From NCBI RefSeq assembly GCF_001194135.2, contig NC_068999.1:30387548-30451547 (forward strand): 64,000 nt of DNA. The letters are read 5' to 3'. Positions 1-12,299 of this stretch are shown in pieces (the stretch's first letter is position 1; each line of letters opens with the position of its first letter). The translations under genes and the position numbers were made by a program. The notes under the pieces are model-generated. The model worked only from the letters and a program-made list of their open reading frames with translations. It made no database searches and was not told the DNA's origin. The DNA comes from Octopus bimaculoides (Eukaryota).

Positions 1-205
1 TGTTACCATAGCGTAGCAATCTTTACATCTGCTAGAACTAATACAAAGTAGCGATCCTTAGTTGAATACTGACCAGTGAGATTGTCTTTTCACTTCAAAA
101 TAATTAAAAGGTTTATTTTTACTATGTTTCAAAGTGATCTTTTTAGCTTTTTTTTTTTTAAGTGCTTGAAGCTTTCTTGCCTTGTCTGTAAGGTTTTAGT
201 TTCAG

Positions 206-257
206 GTAAAGAATCATTAGAACCCTCTCCCACATAATTCTGAAACTTCTCTCAGAG
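206..257 (+). other. Candidate non-coding (5'UTR) exon of the MDM gene
   Basis: Acceptor ttttagtttcag ends at 205 and donor GAG|gtgagc starts at 258; all three frames contain stops when this acceptor is used. Confidence 0.4.
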
Positions 258-368
258 GTGAGCAGCAAGTAACAAAAGAGAAAAAAAATTGTCTTGATGT
301 AAATCTTTTTCTACTGTGTATGTTAATAATGGTATAATCTAATTTAAAATTTCTTTTATATTCCTCAG

Positions 369-444
369 ATCTCTTATTGCCAGATATGGAATAGAAAGCC
401 CAGAATATCATCCAAAACTCACAAAAAGACTGAACAGTGAAGAA
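369..444 (+). other. Upstream exon of the MDM gene (5'UTR with a uORF, or coding SLIARYGIESPEYHPKLTKRLNSEE)
   Basis: Strong acceptor ttttatattcctcag and donor GAA|gtaaga. One frame is open and phase-compatible with exon 1514. It also contains the minimal uORF ATG GAA TAG at 386-394. Confidence 0.6.
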
Positions 445-1121
445 GTAAGATTTATATTGCTGTTATTATAATTCTTCGCTATTTCCAGAACACAAGCTTG
501 TTTATAGATTCTTTGTACAGTAGTTGAAACCTCTTACATGCAATGCATCTATTCTGGCTTAACTACTTTGTTTTTACCTCACATAAATTTAGCTAAAGGA
601 CTGCTTAGAGAGGAATTAACTGATGGCATTGCCAATTCAAATACCAAGTCTTTGATTACAGGACAGTGATGATAATAATATCAGTAATAGTGATTATTTT
701 AGACACTTTGAGGTAGAGATAATTTAACATTAATTGAATGTAGGAAAGATTTGATAAGATTTTATAAAGATCAATGTTATTGTAATACCCCGTCATCATT
801 TTACACTTTTTGATATATTATTGTAATATTCTGTCATCACTAGTCACTGTCAATATTTGAAAATATTACTCCTGCCAAATTTCTGTAATAATTGCAGTGA
901 CATTTCAGTTTGTCAAGTTGAATACCATAATAACTGTATGTTGTGATATGTTAAGAACCATTTCACACTGTAGTATGTTAATAACTGTATTGTATTGATA
1001 TATGTTAATAACTATGTCAAGTTGAGATATGTTAACTGTTATGTAACATGTTATTATGTTACATTATGATATATTAATAATTGTGTCATGTTATGATATT
1101 TAATCATATCTTCTTGTGATT

Positions 1122-1252
1122 TCAAATTTTGGCACAAGGCCAGCAAGTTCAGGGGAAGGTTAAGTTGATTACATCGACTCCAGTGCTCAACTGGTACTTA
1201 TCAATCCTGAAGGGATGAAAGTAAAGTGATCCTTGGCAGAATTTGAACTCAG
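1122..1252 (-). mobile_element. tRNA-derived SINE fragment (family B)
   Basis: Reverse complement of the body seen at 13409-13628 and 39503-39741 (ttcaaattttggcacaaggccagca...gaatttgaactcag). Confidence 0.7.
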
Positions 1253-1277
1253 CCTGTTTTAATAATCACATCACATT

Positions 1278-1400
1278 GTGGTTGGCGTTAGGAAGGGCAT
1301 CCAGATTGGAGCCTAGTGTAGCCATCCGGTTGCACCAGTCCTCAGTCAAATCGTCCAACCCAAGCTAGCATGGAAAGCGGACGTTAAACGATGATGATGA
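1278..1400 (+). mobile_element. RTE-3'-tail repeat (family A) with (GAT)n tail
   Basis: gttggcgttaggaagggcatcc...catggaaagcggacgttaaacgatgatgatga; matches the 3' end of the young RTE at 32395. Confidence 0.8.
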
Positions 1401-1513
1401 TTGTGATGTTTATAATTGTCACATTGTGAATGTTAATAACTGTGCTTTGTTGAAATATGTTAATAAACCTGTCATCTGTTATAACTTTGGTTTCTTTCTT
1501 TACAATTCAATAG

Positions 1514-1649
1514 CTAAAAGAAATGTTAGATACAAATAGCCGTCTGACTTCTCATTCTTCTGCTCCTGGCCAAATGCAATCTACACCTTCGGACATTACC
1601 AGTAGCACCTCGGAGACCACTACCACACAAACAAGTTCTTCATTATTAG
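1514..1649 (+). CDS. MDM2: MDM2/MDM4-like gene, Ser/Thr-rich exon (LKEMLDTNSRLTSHSSAPGQMQSTPSDITSSTSETTTTQTSSSLL); possible start ATG at 1523
   Basis: Acceptor ttcaatag, donor G|gtttgt (phase 1), only one open frame; ATG at 1523 has A at -3. Confidence 0.7.
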
Positions 1650-2199
1650 GTTTGTAGCTCAATTCCAAACCATCATCTCTCTACTTTTCATTGAACAAAG
1701 TTCACAATCTTCAATGTTCATCTTAAAAATAAGTAAATATACTGGGTAAGTTAGTTTTGAATATAAAAAGAGAACAGGATGGTCATAGCTGGATTGTCAG
1801 TCAAGTGCCACACAACTGATCAAAGAAACATGTAGACGAAATTTAAAACCACCAATTCTGTATGAAGTAAACAAGTACAGATTCATAGTTACAGTTATAC
1901 TGTAACTTTACATACTTCTGATATGATCAATATGTGGTCTGTATGCTTGAACACTCCACAAAGTCTTTTGGTACACACTAATACATTGAACAAAAAAAGC
2001 AATAAGACATATCTAGACTGCAACACTGCATGCTGGATCATGCAGTGTGGTGCTTATCTAGTTGCTGGTATGATACATCTGAAACGATAAATATATGGCA
2101 TATATCTGCTTGACTGTGGAGTGTTTTTAGTGATTTGGTGTTTATCTATATGACATACACTACATGTTTTATCAGAGCTGATTTGTTGGTTATACTACA

Positions 2200-2350
2200 G
2201 TAATTATAATAACCACCAACACTACCTGTTATAGCTATTAGCACTACTATAACCACTAACACTAACTATAATGATGACCAAAACTAACTACTTTAGCTAC
2301 TACCAATTATTACTATAGCCAATACTAATACTAACTGCTACAACCATCTA
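2200..2350. repeat. Degenerate (ACT/ACC)n trinucleotide repeat
   Basis: Visible aaccactaacactaactata periodicity. Confidence 0.6.
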
Positions 2351-2991
2351 ACCATCGGGAGAGCCTATGAGTGAACCATTACACAGGTGTTTGATCTGGT
2401 AGAAATAACAGCCAAATCTTAAGTAATTCTTGAGACTTGTAATGGAACAAGATGGTCACATTTGAAAAGTTTTTGGTCATAGGTATACCCCATCATAGTT
2501 AGCCTATATGTGACTGAACATTAACTTGCAATAAAACAACATAATTTTGGTTTTTGGATAATTTTTATTGTATTTCAGTTTTTCTGTAACTGATTTAGTT
2601 TTTCATATAAACCTGGGTTTGCATATAACAGCTAGCTCACATATTTAATAAACCAATTAACTTACTAATTAGGAAACATTAAAAACAAAACAAAACAAAA
2701 GGCAAACAATTTTTTAAATATTTTGTTGAGTAACCAATGATAAAATAGTTTTGAGTACAAAGTTGAGTAGATGATGTTTGTGTATGAAGGCACAGTTAAT
2801 GGTTCATTGTGTCTATGGAGACACAGTAGATGGGGTATGACATGCTGGATAAATGGCTTCTCCATGGTTCTCTCATCTTCACTAACAGCCCTCTGCTGCA
2901 TAATCATCTTTAAAAGTTGTACATTTTATATTTTTCTTACCTTCCAAGTAAAAGTTTCCATATATATTGTTTTTTTTTTATCTCTCTTCAG

Positions 2992-3086
2992 AAGAGTCAT
3001 TGAGGGCTTCAACCAGCTGTTCCCCATCAACTAGCTTTACATTGACTCTGGAAATGAATAATGAAAATGAAGTATTGAGTATTGAA
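2992..3086 (+). CDS. MDM2: MDM2/MDM4-like gene exon (ESLRASTSCSPSTSFTLTLEMNNENEVLSIE)
   Basis: Very strong polypyrimidine acceptor ttttttttttatctctcttcag; phase 1 in and phase 0 out, matching both neighbouring exons. The donor gtagga is weak. Confidence 0.65.
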
Positions 3087-3385
3087 GTAGGAAGAATTTC
3101 ATTCTTTTAAAATTGCTTTTCACATTGTTTTTTTCATTCAGAAATGGTACCATTGCAAGTATAATGAAATGTTCTCCATGATATAGTTCAAACATACTGA
3201 AAAGTTCTTCATTGAAGAATGGCAGAGTCCCAAATATAAGGAGGACAGTAGTAATGTTAACTTCCTAGTTATGAATGGCTATTTTTGTTAACAAGGATTT
3301 TGTGCATGTGTACAGAGAGAGAGAGAGAGAGAGAAAGAAGTGTAGGTATATGTATATAGAATACAAATGTAGATATGTGTGTGAC

Positions 3386-3430
<45 letters not shown>

Positions 3431-3439
3431 ACACACACA

Positions 3440-3660
3440 CATGAAGACCTGTTTGCCACAGCAAAATTAATACCAGTCACATTAAAAGCACCCAGTACAC
3501 TCTGTGGAATGGTTGGCATTAGGAAGGGCATCCAGCTGTAGAAACCATACCAGAATGGGCAATGGAGCCTGGTGCGGTCCATGGCCATACCAGCTCCAAT
3601 CAAACCATCCAGCCTATGCCAGCATGGAAAATGGACATGAAATGATGCTGATGATGATGA
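3440..3660 (+). mobile_element. RTE-3'-tail repeat (family A)
   Basis: ggttggcattaggaagggcatccagctgtagaaacc...gatgatgatga. Confidence 0.75.
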
Positions 3661-3668
3661 TACATATA

Positions 3669-5055
3669 CAGTGAGTTTTTAAGTTATTAACGACATAACA
3701 TTTGTTTATTTTATTTAAAAACTACTTATGGGAATTCAAAGAAATTTCCACAAAATGATGGCAACAGTTATATGTATGTGGTGTGTAAAAACTTGAGGTT
3801 TTGCACAAGTGTAAACAAACCACAGCCATTTGCATAATTTCCACAAACTTTCAGAGTTCCAAGTTATTAATGAGTGGTCTGATAATCATGTAATTATGAG
3901 TCGTAAATGTGACTTAACAGCTTCAGAGAAATCTGTTATTACTTCTGTACTTGCAAAAGGTAAATCAACATTAGAAATATCTAAAATAATTGGAAGATCT
4001 CACCAAACTGTAAAAAAATTTGTTACAGCTCCTACGAAGATATGTAAGAGAGCTAACAATGGTTAGTCGAGGGCTGTTTCTGAAACTTTCTTCATTACAA
4101 ATTAATCGTGAAGCTGTAAAAGAAGCCAGGTCCTACAAGTGGAGAACTTTTCAAGCACATTGGAAAACAACTGTGTCCAAAATTACCTGATGGCATCTTC
4201 TAAAAAAGTCAGTAAACCAGTGACATCAGTTAAAAGGTTTCCTTCTAACAAAATACACATACAAAATCGTCTGAAATGGACAGAAGATAACACGAAGGTT
4301 AGTTTTTCAAGTTTTGTTTATGGACAAAACTTGTGCTTACCCTTGATGGACCTGATGGTTGGAGCAAGGGATGGGTTGTAAATGGAGGAGATTGTCATCA
4401 ACACTTGAGATGCCAACAAGAGTGAGGAGGCATCGTAATTTGAGCAGATATTATTGGGGGCAATATGGTTGGTCCTTGGAAAGTGCTTGGCAGTGTTAAA
4501 ATGACTGCAGATGCTTACATAGCCTTTCTGAGGAAGCACCTTGAAGCTTGGTTAACAAAGCAAACAATCACCTTCATGACAACCATAATATTCATGCAAG
4601 ATAATGCACCTTTACACTTAGTGAAGAAACTACAGAGTATGTGCCACAATTAAGCTTCTTGGAAAATAAAGTGGACTCCCTGTTCCTTCAACTTAAACCC
4701 AATAAAAAACTTGTGGAGTATTCCAAAGTGATGAGTTTACAAGAATGGATGCCAGTTTAGAAGCAAGGATGAACTATGGCAGGCAATAGTGGATTATTCC
4801 ATGGTGTAACATCCAAGGAGATCCAGAAATAAGCATGTTCCATGGACAAGTGCCTTTTCCAACTTATTTCAAACAAATGCTTATATATCCCTTACTAGCC
4901 AGCTCACCTATCATTTTTGAATGCTGTTTATTTCTATTTCTTCCGTGTTTATGACTGTATGTGTTCATCTCAGTATGTACATCAAACAAGTAAATTGATA
5001 TTTTCTTGTCTACATGAATTTTAATTACACATTACTAATAATTTGAAACACAGTG
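3669..5055 (+). mobile_element. Decayed near-full-length Tc1-like DNA transposon
   Basis: TA-flanked imperfect TIRs (CAGTGAGTTTTTAAGTTATTA / TAATAATTTGAAACACAGTG); HTH ORF MSRKCDLTASEK...; fragments MVGPWKV, IFMQDNAPLH and LNPIKNLWS; multiple stops and frameshifts. Confidence 0.85.
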
Positions 5056-5101
5056 TATATGTATGTATATATATAGAAATGAATGTGGGGGTGTGTATGT
5101 A

Positions 5102-5132
<31 letters not shown>

Positions 5133-5265
5133 NNNNNNNNNNNNNNNNNNNNNNNNNNNNNNNNNNNNNNNNNNNNNNNNNNNNNNNNNNNNNNNNNNNN
5201 NNNNNNNNNNNNNNNNNNNNNNNNNNNNNNNNCCCCCCCCCCTCCTTCTAGCATAGATTAGATTA

Positions 5266-7345
5266 GTCATTAGTGTCAGGAAAAGAAGGATTTGGAAATG
5301 GTCAGAGATTTAGGGATACTTTAATTGAAAAATTTAACAAGAAGGAAGAGGAACTACAGATTTGTAACATAGATGGCAACTTGGAGTTCCTCTTGGACAG
5401 CTGGCTGAGTGTCACAGACCAAATCTGTGGCTGGTGCAAAGTCCCAACCAGACCTAAGGTAACATGGTGGTGGAATGATATTGTAGACAAGGCTATTAGA
5501 GTGAAAAAAACATGACTGGTGGTAGCAGAGAACCAAATCAGGTAGCTAGGAGGGAGGCTAGAAGACAGGTGTGCTTCACCAGGGAAGAATCAGAAAAGAG
5601 GAAGTTTGCCAATGTTTTGCAGTGTGAGGACCAGAGGCTTGAGGTATTTTGGACTGCAAAACAGTGTGTCAGAGAAAATTGTGACATGGTAGGAGAGAAG
5701 TGTGTTTGCATGGATGATGGCTCACTTGCGTTTAATGATTCTGCAAAGAAAGAAGCTTGGAAGTGCCACCATGAAAAGTTGTTAAATGTAGAGAATGCAT
5801 GGGAGAAGGAGAGCCTGCCTGTTGTGGACCCAACAGAAAGGCTGGCTGTTTGAATCAACAGTAGCTTGGTAGATAAAACAATTAAGGATATGAAGATAGA
5901 GAAAGCCCCTGGCCTACCAGGTATCGTCGCTGAGATGCTTATAATATATGGCAGAGTTGGATAATACCTAGTCACCCATGTAGTTAATCAGGTTGTCTAT
6001 GGCGGAGCCATACCCAATGATTGGTGTAGCAACATTTTAGTCAACTGCTACAAAGGCGATGCCTTAGACAGAAATAATTATAGAGGCTTCAAATTGCTGG
6101 ATCAGGTGATGAAAGTTATAGAAAGGATCATAGCTAGAGAGTTAGCCTAGATGAGATGCAGTTTGGATTTGTGCCAGAAGCACCATTGATGCTTTCTTCC
6201 TAGTGAGGAAACTGTAGAAGTACTTGGCAAAAAATAAGCCTCTGTATTTGGTGTTTGTTGATATGAAGAAAATCTTTGACGTGGTCCCCCACTCCCTTAC
6301 CTGGTGAGCAATGTAGAAGTTAGGGATAGATGTATGATTAGTGAAAGCTGTAAAAGCCATATACAGGGATGCTGTCAATAAGATGAAAGTCGCCAATGAG
6401 TGTAGCAAGAAATTTAGTGTACAAGTAGGAGTCCACCAGGGATCAGTTCTCAGCCCCCTCTTGTTTATCATAGTCCTCCAAGTTATAATAGAGGAATTTA
6501 AAACCGGCTGCCCTTGGGAGCTCCTCTATACCAATGACCTTGTTCTTATGGCTGAATCACTACCAGAACTAGAGGAGAAATTTCAGGTATGGAGGCAAGG
6601 CCTGAAATTAAAGGGCCTTAGAGTTAATTTAGCAAAGACCAAAGTCCTAATAATTAGGAAAACAGACAAATCATAGATCCCTTCAAGGCGATCGCCCTCC
6701 TTGATATGTGGAAAAGGTATCAGTAGGAACTTATGGTGTACCCAGTACAAACTATGGATACATAAGAGATGCAACAGTATCACTGGAAGACTAACAGAAA
6801 AAGTAGTCTTTACCTGTGGCAACTGTGCAGGTACATTAAAGACCAGAAATGTACAAAACATAGATTCCCTGAAATATCCTTAGAAAGACCAAGTTAGCAG
6901 TGGTGACATTCGTTCCGAAAACATAGCTACTAGAATAAGAATAGGCTGGGCAAAGTTCAGAGAGCTACTACCTCTGTTGGTAACAAAGGGCCTCTCCATC
7001 AGAGTGAAAAGCAGATTGTATGATGTCTGTGTATGAACAGCTATGCTACATGGCAGTGCGACATAGACTGTGACTGCTGAGGAAATGCGAAAGCTTGAAT
7101 GCTCTGTTGGATGAGTAATGTCAATGTGCATATACAACAGTGTCAGTGATTTAAGAGAAAAACTGGGTATATGAGGCATCAGATGTGTGCAAGAGAGAAG
7201 ACTGCTCTGGTATGGCCATGTAATGCATATGCATGAAGAGAGATGCGTCAAGAAGTGCTGAGCTCTCACTGTGGAGGAAATTTGTGGAGAAGGTAGACCT
7301 GTGAGGACCATGCGATGTGAGGTGACGAGGATGGCTCTTTAGTAC
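5266..7345 (+). mobile_element. 5'-truncated decayed RTE-clade LINE (RT region)
   Basis: WWWNDIVDKAI, NNYRG, VGVHQGSVLSPLLFII, ELLYTNDLVL (degenerate YADD), RIRIGWAKFRELL. Confidence 0.9.
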
Positions 7346-8280
7346 CACATCACATGGCTGATACAATAAATATAAAATGAACAATATATATATATATATA
7401 TGTGCCAGAGGGAAAAAGAGAGACACAACTGAGTAGAATGTTTAAGAGAAGATTTATTGATATGCTAATATGTGTGTCTGTCTGTGCGTCTGTGTGTACC
7501 ATCATGAGGACAAAGTGTATGTGTGTATAGGCATGGATGTATGCATGTATGTTAAGTGCATATAAGAATAGCAATGAAGAAGAAAACTGAAAGAATCTAT
7601 AATGAGAAGTTAGAAGAAAGTTCATAGGCACTAGAATGGGAATACCAGTTGAAATACTGTATCAAGAAGTTGCAGCCATGATGCTGAGCCAGTTGCGGTA
7701 CATGTCATATGTGAAGTTGTGACTGATGCTGCTGCCTGGATCACTTACAGAAGTTCTCACAGGTTGTATATTCGCTGTTGATCTATGATGAAGTAATTTA
7801 TAAACAATGAAGTGTTGGAACCTGAGTGAGTTGTGTGCTTAGAGATGTTGACTTAGGACAATGGTGGCAACGGAGATGGAGGTTGCTGAATGCTGTTGGA
7901 CGAAGTTAATGAGTCTCAACATGGCTTCTGTGGTGTTGTCGCTGGAACTGGCTGTGTCTTGTGTGGTCAGTGACTAGACCTTAAAAGGTCTGAAACCAAA
8001 GACGTATAATGAGGAAAAAGCTGGGTTTTTATAGGGTGCAGTAGGCTTGAAAAGTGTTTGAAAAAGGTTGTTCATATGATGCTATCTAAAGTCTTTGACT
8101 GGTGCTCCACAGTCTGTTGGCACAATAAAGTAGGAGACAAATACCCATTTTCCTTAAACATAGGAAGAAACAAGTTTGGTGGGGCGCTCTTCTCTATGAA
8201 TGCCTCTTTTTGAGGCTGCTTCTTCATGAAATAAGAGGAGCGTGATTGAATGTCAAACTTTTCATACTTAAGCCTTTTAG

Positions 8281-9400
8281 CCTTAAATTGTTAGATGACA
8301 ATCAGTGGGATAGAACAACGGCTGAGGTTTCAGTGTTATGCACACCTATTTCTTTCAGAGGTCTTTTTGCAATTCTTCTGAATTGTGAAGTAAGTAATCC
8401 ATTAGTATTGTGACACAAATATAAGAATGATTTATCAGAAGACTACAAATATTTAACACAATTAAGATTCCCTGAGAGGGAAATAACATTCTGCATTGGA
8501 TGAAATTGAAGATTGCGTTGTCTCAATTGGAGAGGAAAAACACAGCAAGTTTGGCTTACCTGAAATTCATCGAAATGAGGTGAATAATTTGATCATAGAA
8601 GTTTTGCGAGAAACTTCATACGATATTGATTCATTAACAAGATTCCTTGAGGAAAATGTCCCGAAACTTTTGCTAAACCAATGACTTGCATATACAGCAT
8701 CATTGACCAAGTGACACATAAGAGAAGACGATTATATTTTTTAGACGCACCAGGAGGAACTGAGAAAACTTTTGTTACAAATTTAGTGCTAGCCAAAGTC
8801 TGGCAGAAAAAGGAAATATCCTTAGCTGTAGTGAGCTCTGGAATTACTGTAACTTTACTCCCAGGAAGTCGAACAACTCACGCAACATTCACCCTGCCAT
8901 TCAATCTAACTTCAAATGATAAACCTGTCTGCAATATTAGTAAAAGTTCTTCCCTAGCTCATGTTCTCATGAAATGTTCTTTGATCATATGGGATGAAGA
9001 TACAATGTCCCATAATAGATCAGTAGAAACTATTAACAGAATGCTGTAGGATTTGTGCATTTCCAATTGTTTGATGCAATTGTTTGATACAGTACTTTCA
9101 GGTGATTTCAGATAAACTTTACAAGTGATTTCCAGGGGAACATAGGCAAATGAATTGAAAGCATGTTTGAAATCTTTTTTATGAAAGATTTCTTTTATTC
9201 CTCATTTACCTTTAATATCTCTCAATATACCCTTTCAGTTCAAATGACTTCAATTTCCAATACTCCTGTCTTTTGGCCAGACTTTGAAAGTTGCTGGTTT
9301 GCAATTAGAAGTGGACTGTGGGGAGCAAGAACAGTCTTTTCATTTTTTCCCCCTACTGGTAAAACCTAAAACATCGTCTATAAGAAAGTTTTTACCATGG
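8281..9400 (+). mobile_element. Helitron Rep/PIF1-helicase relic with internal deletions
   Basis: LLDDNQWD, FLDAPGGTEKTF (Walker A relic), SSGITVTLLPGSRTTH, LIIWDE, GDFR, GQTLKVAGLQLE, GKT*NIVYK. Confidence 0.85.
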
Positions 9401-9774
9401 GATCACCGAACTAAAATTTGCAGAATGATTAATAACTTTGAATTGATATTGTCAACGTCACACTATATTCATCTAAGAAAAGTTATTTGTATTTTTGCTT
9501 GTTCAATAAATTGTAGTACATATGTTTTTAGTTTTCCTCAAACATTTACCTATCTTGTACTAGACATAAGCCAAAGTCTGTGTGTTGTTTGCTTCATTTG
9601 TAGACTGAAATACTATAGATCATAGATCAGAAGTCTAAATGCAGACATGATAATATCGGCCAGAAGAAAACAGCTCTATCATTTACATGAAAGTTAACAA
9701 CCATTTCTTATATATGTTCAATACAATCTAAGTATATTCATAGTACAATTTTGGCAACTGTGTGTCTATGTTTT

Positions 9775-10049
9775 GTCTTACACTTGTTTCAGTTGTTGGA
9801 TTGCAGCCATTCTATGGTTACTACCTTGAAGGGTTTTTAGTTGAATGAATTGATCCCACTACTTTTTCCTTTTTAAGCTTGATACTTAATCAAGTGGTTT
9901 CTTTTTGCAGAACTGATAAGTTATACGGACATAAACAAATGAACACCAGTTGTCGAGTGGTGGTAGGGTACAGGCACAAACACATAAATATACATAGGTA
10001 TACAAATATAGAAACAGCTGTTAGATATACAAGTATACATGTACATATA

Positions 10050-10082
<33 letters not shown>

Positions 10083-10290
10083 ATGTATGTATGTATGTAT
10101 GTATGTATGTATGTATGTATGTGCCTACATACACACATACACACTGTGAGCTTCTTTTAGTTTCTATCTACCAAATTCATTCACAAGACTTTGGTTGGCT
10201 TGGGGCTGTAGTAAACAACACTCAACTGAAGTACCATGCAGTGGGACTGAACACGGAACCGTGTAGTTGGGAAGCAAATGTCTTACCAGA
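9775..10290 (-). mobile_element. tRNA-derived SINE (family C) with internal (CA)/(TACA) microsatellite
   Basis: Matches 58465-58873 and 52830-53290 (acttgtttcagt..., caaattcattcacaag..., gggactgaac). Confidence 0.75.
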
Positions 10291-10416
10291 TTTACTGGGG
10301 ATTAATAAGACTGAATGAGTATTACATGTATAGAATTTAGTGTATGGTAGATAAATGAAATTATTTTCTCAGTAAATATTGTTTAATGTGTGGATCAATG
10401 TTATTGTCTCTTTCAG

Positions 10417-10521
10417 AGTGAAGACCCAGTGGAAGATGTCTATGTAGAATATGAAGTCATGTCCAATACATCAAGTGTTCAAATCTCCGACAGTGAAGAC
10501 GACCAACCACAAGTAGCTATG
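10417..10521 (+). CDS. MDM2: MDM2/MDM4-like gene, acidic-domain exon (SEDPVEDVYVEYEVMSNTSSVQISDSEDDQPQVAM)
   Basis: Acceptor tctctttcag, donor ATG|gtaacc, phase 0-0; VEYEV resembles the MDM2 acidic-domain VEFEV motif. Confidence 0.8.
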
Positions 10522-10629
10522 GTAACCTATTTTCTAGATTTCCATTCTTGAGACAGTCCTCAAACCTGTCAGATCCTTTTCAGTCTCACAAGTTGCATGG
10601 TGACCACACTAATGTTGGCTCCATGAAAA

Positions 10630-10780
10630 ACACCCCAACACACTCAGATAAGTGGTTGGCATTAAGAAAAGCAGGCTGTAGAAACCATGCCAAACCAGAC
10701 ACTGAAGCAGGAGACTGTCTTCCAACTCATTGGATCTTGTCAATCCCTTGCCAGCACTAAAGACAGATATTAGATGATGA
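10630..10780 (+). mobile_element. Old RTE-3'-tail repeat (family A)
   Basis: agtggttggcattaagaaa...ctgtagaaaccatgcc...gatgatga. Confidence 0.55.
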
Positions 10781-10879
10781 TATATTTGTGTGTATTTATG
10801 TTATTGTTACAGTTTAATCAACTTCCCTCTCTTCAATTATGTGGCTTGTGTCATTTGTTAAAGATTATTATTATTAATG

Positions 10880-11060
10880 TGGCAGAATCATTAGAACACT
10901 TGTAAAAAGGCTTTGCAGTATTTGTTCCAGCTCTCCATGTTCTGAGTTTAAATCCTGCTGAAGTTAACTTTCATCCTTCCTGGTTTGATAAAGAGAAGTA
11001 CCAGTTAAGTACTGGAGTAGATTGCGTTGACTACTCTCAACATTGTTGGCCTTAAGCTTA
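10880..11060 (+). mobile_element. tRNA-derived SINE (family B)
   Basis: gtggcagaatcattagaac...ctgagtttaaatcc...aagtaccagttaagtactggag. Confidence 0.6.
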
Positions 11061-11399
11061 TATTAGAGACCATTAGCTTTATTATTGGTATTGGTATTTC
11101 TCTTTGAAGCATCACTTTTTTTTTCTATATTTACCCTTTTTTTGTCATCTTTGACCATTGAAATTGTGATGAATGGTTTGCAGATGTATCTGGATTTCCA
11201 CAGAAAATGTACTGCCCCAGCTGGAGTGGATGAACACTTGGTCATTGATTTTAGAAAATTTTCAGCTATATATTTTTCTCAAAAGATGACCAAGTTCAAG
11301 TGTAAATGGAGTTGTTGTTGTAAAAGAAAATGTACTTGTCACTCCTACTTTGTATGCCAATGACCACAACAATCGTAATCCACCAGCAAGTGTTGCACT

Positions 11400-11660
11400 T
11401 GCTTTTCCATTGAAAGTAGAAAAAAACTCACAAAACAGTAACAACAAAAACGACACTACTAACATCAACATAAAACTGCTGCAATAGTAATGTAAGCAAC
11501 TGCAGCAACTATAACAGTTGCCACCATCATGAAAACAACCACAACAATGAAAACAGCAATAACATAATCAACAAACACAAGGTTCATCACCAGTAATGGG
11601 GATAAAAAAAACTCATCTTTCAACCATGCCACAAAGACTAATAGACTTCTTGTTCTCATG
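11400..11660. repeat. Degenerate (AAC)n-rich low-complexity tract
   Basis: caacaacaaaaacgacactactaacatcaac pattern. Confidence 0.55.
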
Positions 11661-12299
11661 AAGGTAAAACCAGCTTAATAAAAAAAAATATAAGATTGAT
11701 ATTGTTTGTCCTAGAGTGATGTTGCTCTCAAAAGAGGAAGTTTTGTTTAAAAGAAGAAAAAACAAAGCCCATTATTTACAAGTGCATCACTTATGCAGGC
11801 AGTTAGTCAGGAATCCACAATACTTATCCCCAGCTGAAATGAATAAATGTCTGAAATTGTTGTGGCCCTTTGAAGTGTACGTTACCAGTGGAAAGCATAG
11901 TGGGATGGTGATAGCTGTTTGCAATAGTGAGCAGGAAGCTTGTAAAATGGCTACAACCTCCTACACCTCCTAATAGTTTGTTTTGATACCCATATATATA
12001 TGGGGGTCATGTTACCAACATCAGGGTCACAAACATAGATCCTTGTAGAGTCCAGACCAGAGTAATAGCTATGCTAGAGGAATATGGGGGAAATTTTAAG
12101 CATGAAGTCTTATAAAATAGAATGGATACATTGAGTGAGTTCCCAATATTGGTTGCTCTGGAAGACTTGCCTGGTATCACAGGTTACTATTTCTGAGAAT
12201 GCAAACAAATGCAGGTAGTTGTACAGGATAGAAAACCCAAATATTACATCTGTGACAAAGCAGATCATCTCAAAGCATTCTGCCACTCTGAAGAGGGGT

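Larger units (their letters stand above)
900..1490. repeat. Degenerate AT-rich minisatellite (tgttaataactgt...) interrupted by two SINE-like insertions
   Basis: Recurring taataactgt / gatatgttaa motifs at 900-1110 and again at 1405-1490. Confidence 0.55.

Noticed and set aside
3142-3290. Strong acceptor at 3141 as a further MDM exon
   Set aside because: All frames hit stops within about 15 codons, and the implied intron from 3087 would be only 55 nt.
7560-8280. Possible coding exon or LINE ORF1 in an MDM intron
   Set aside because: No sustained open frame or recognisable motif on either strand; left unassigned.
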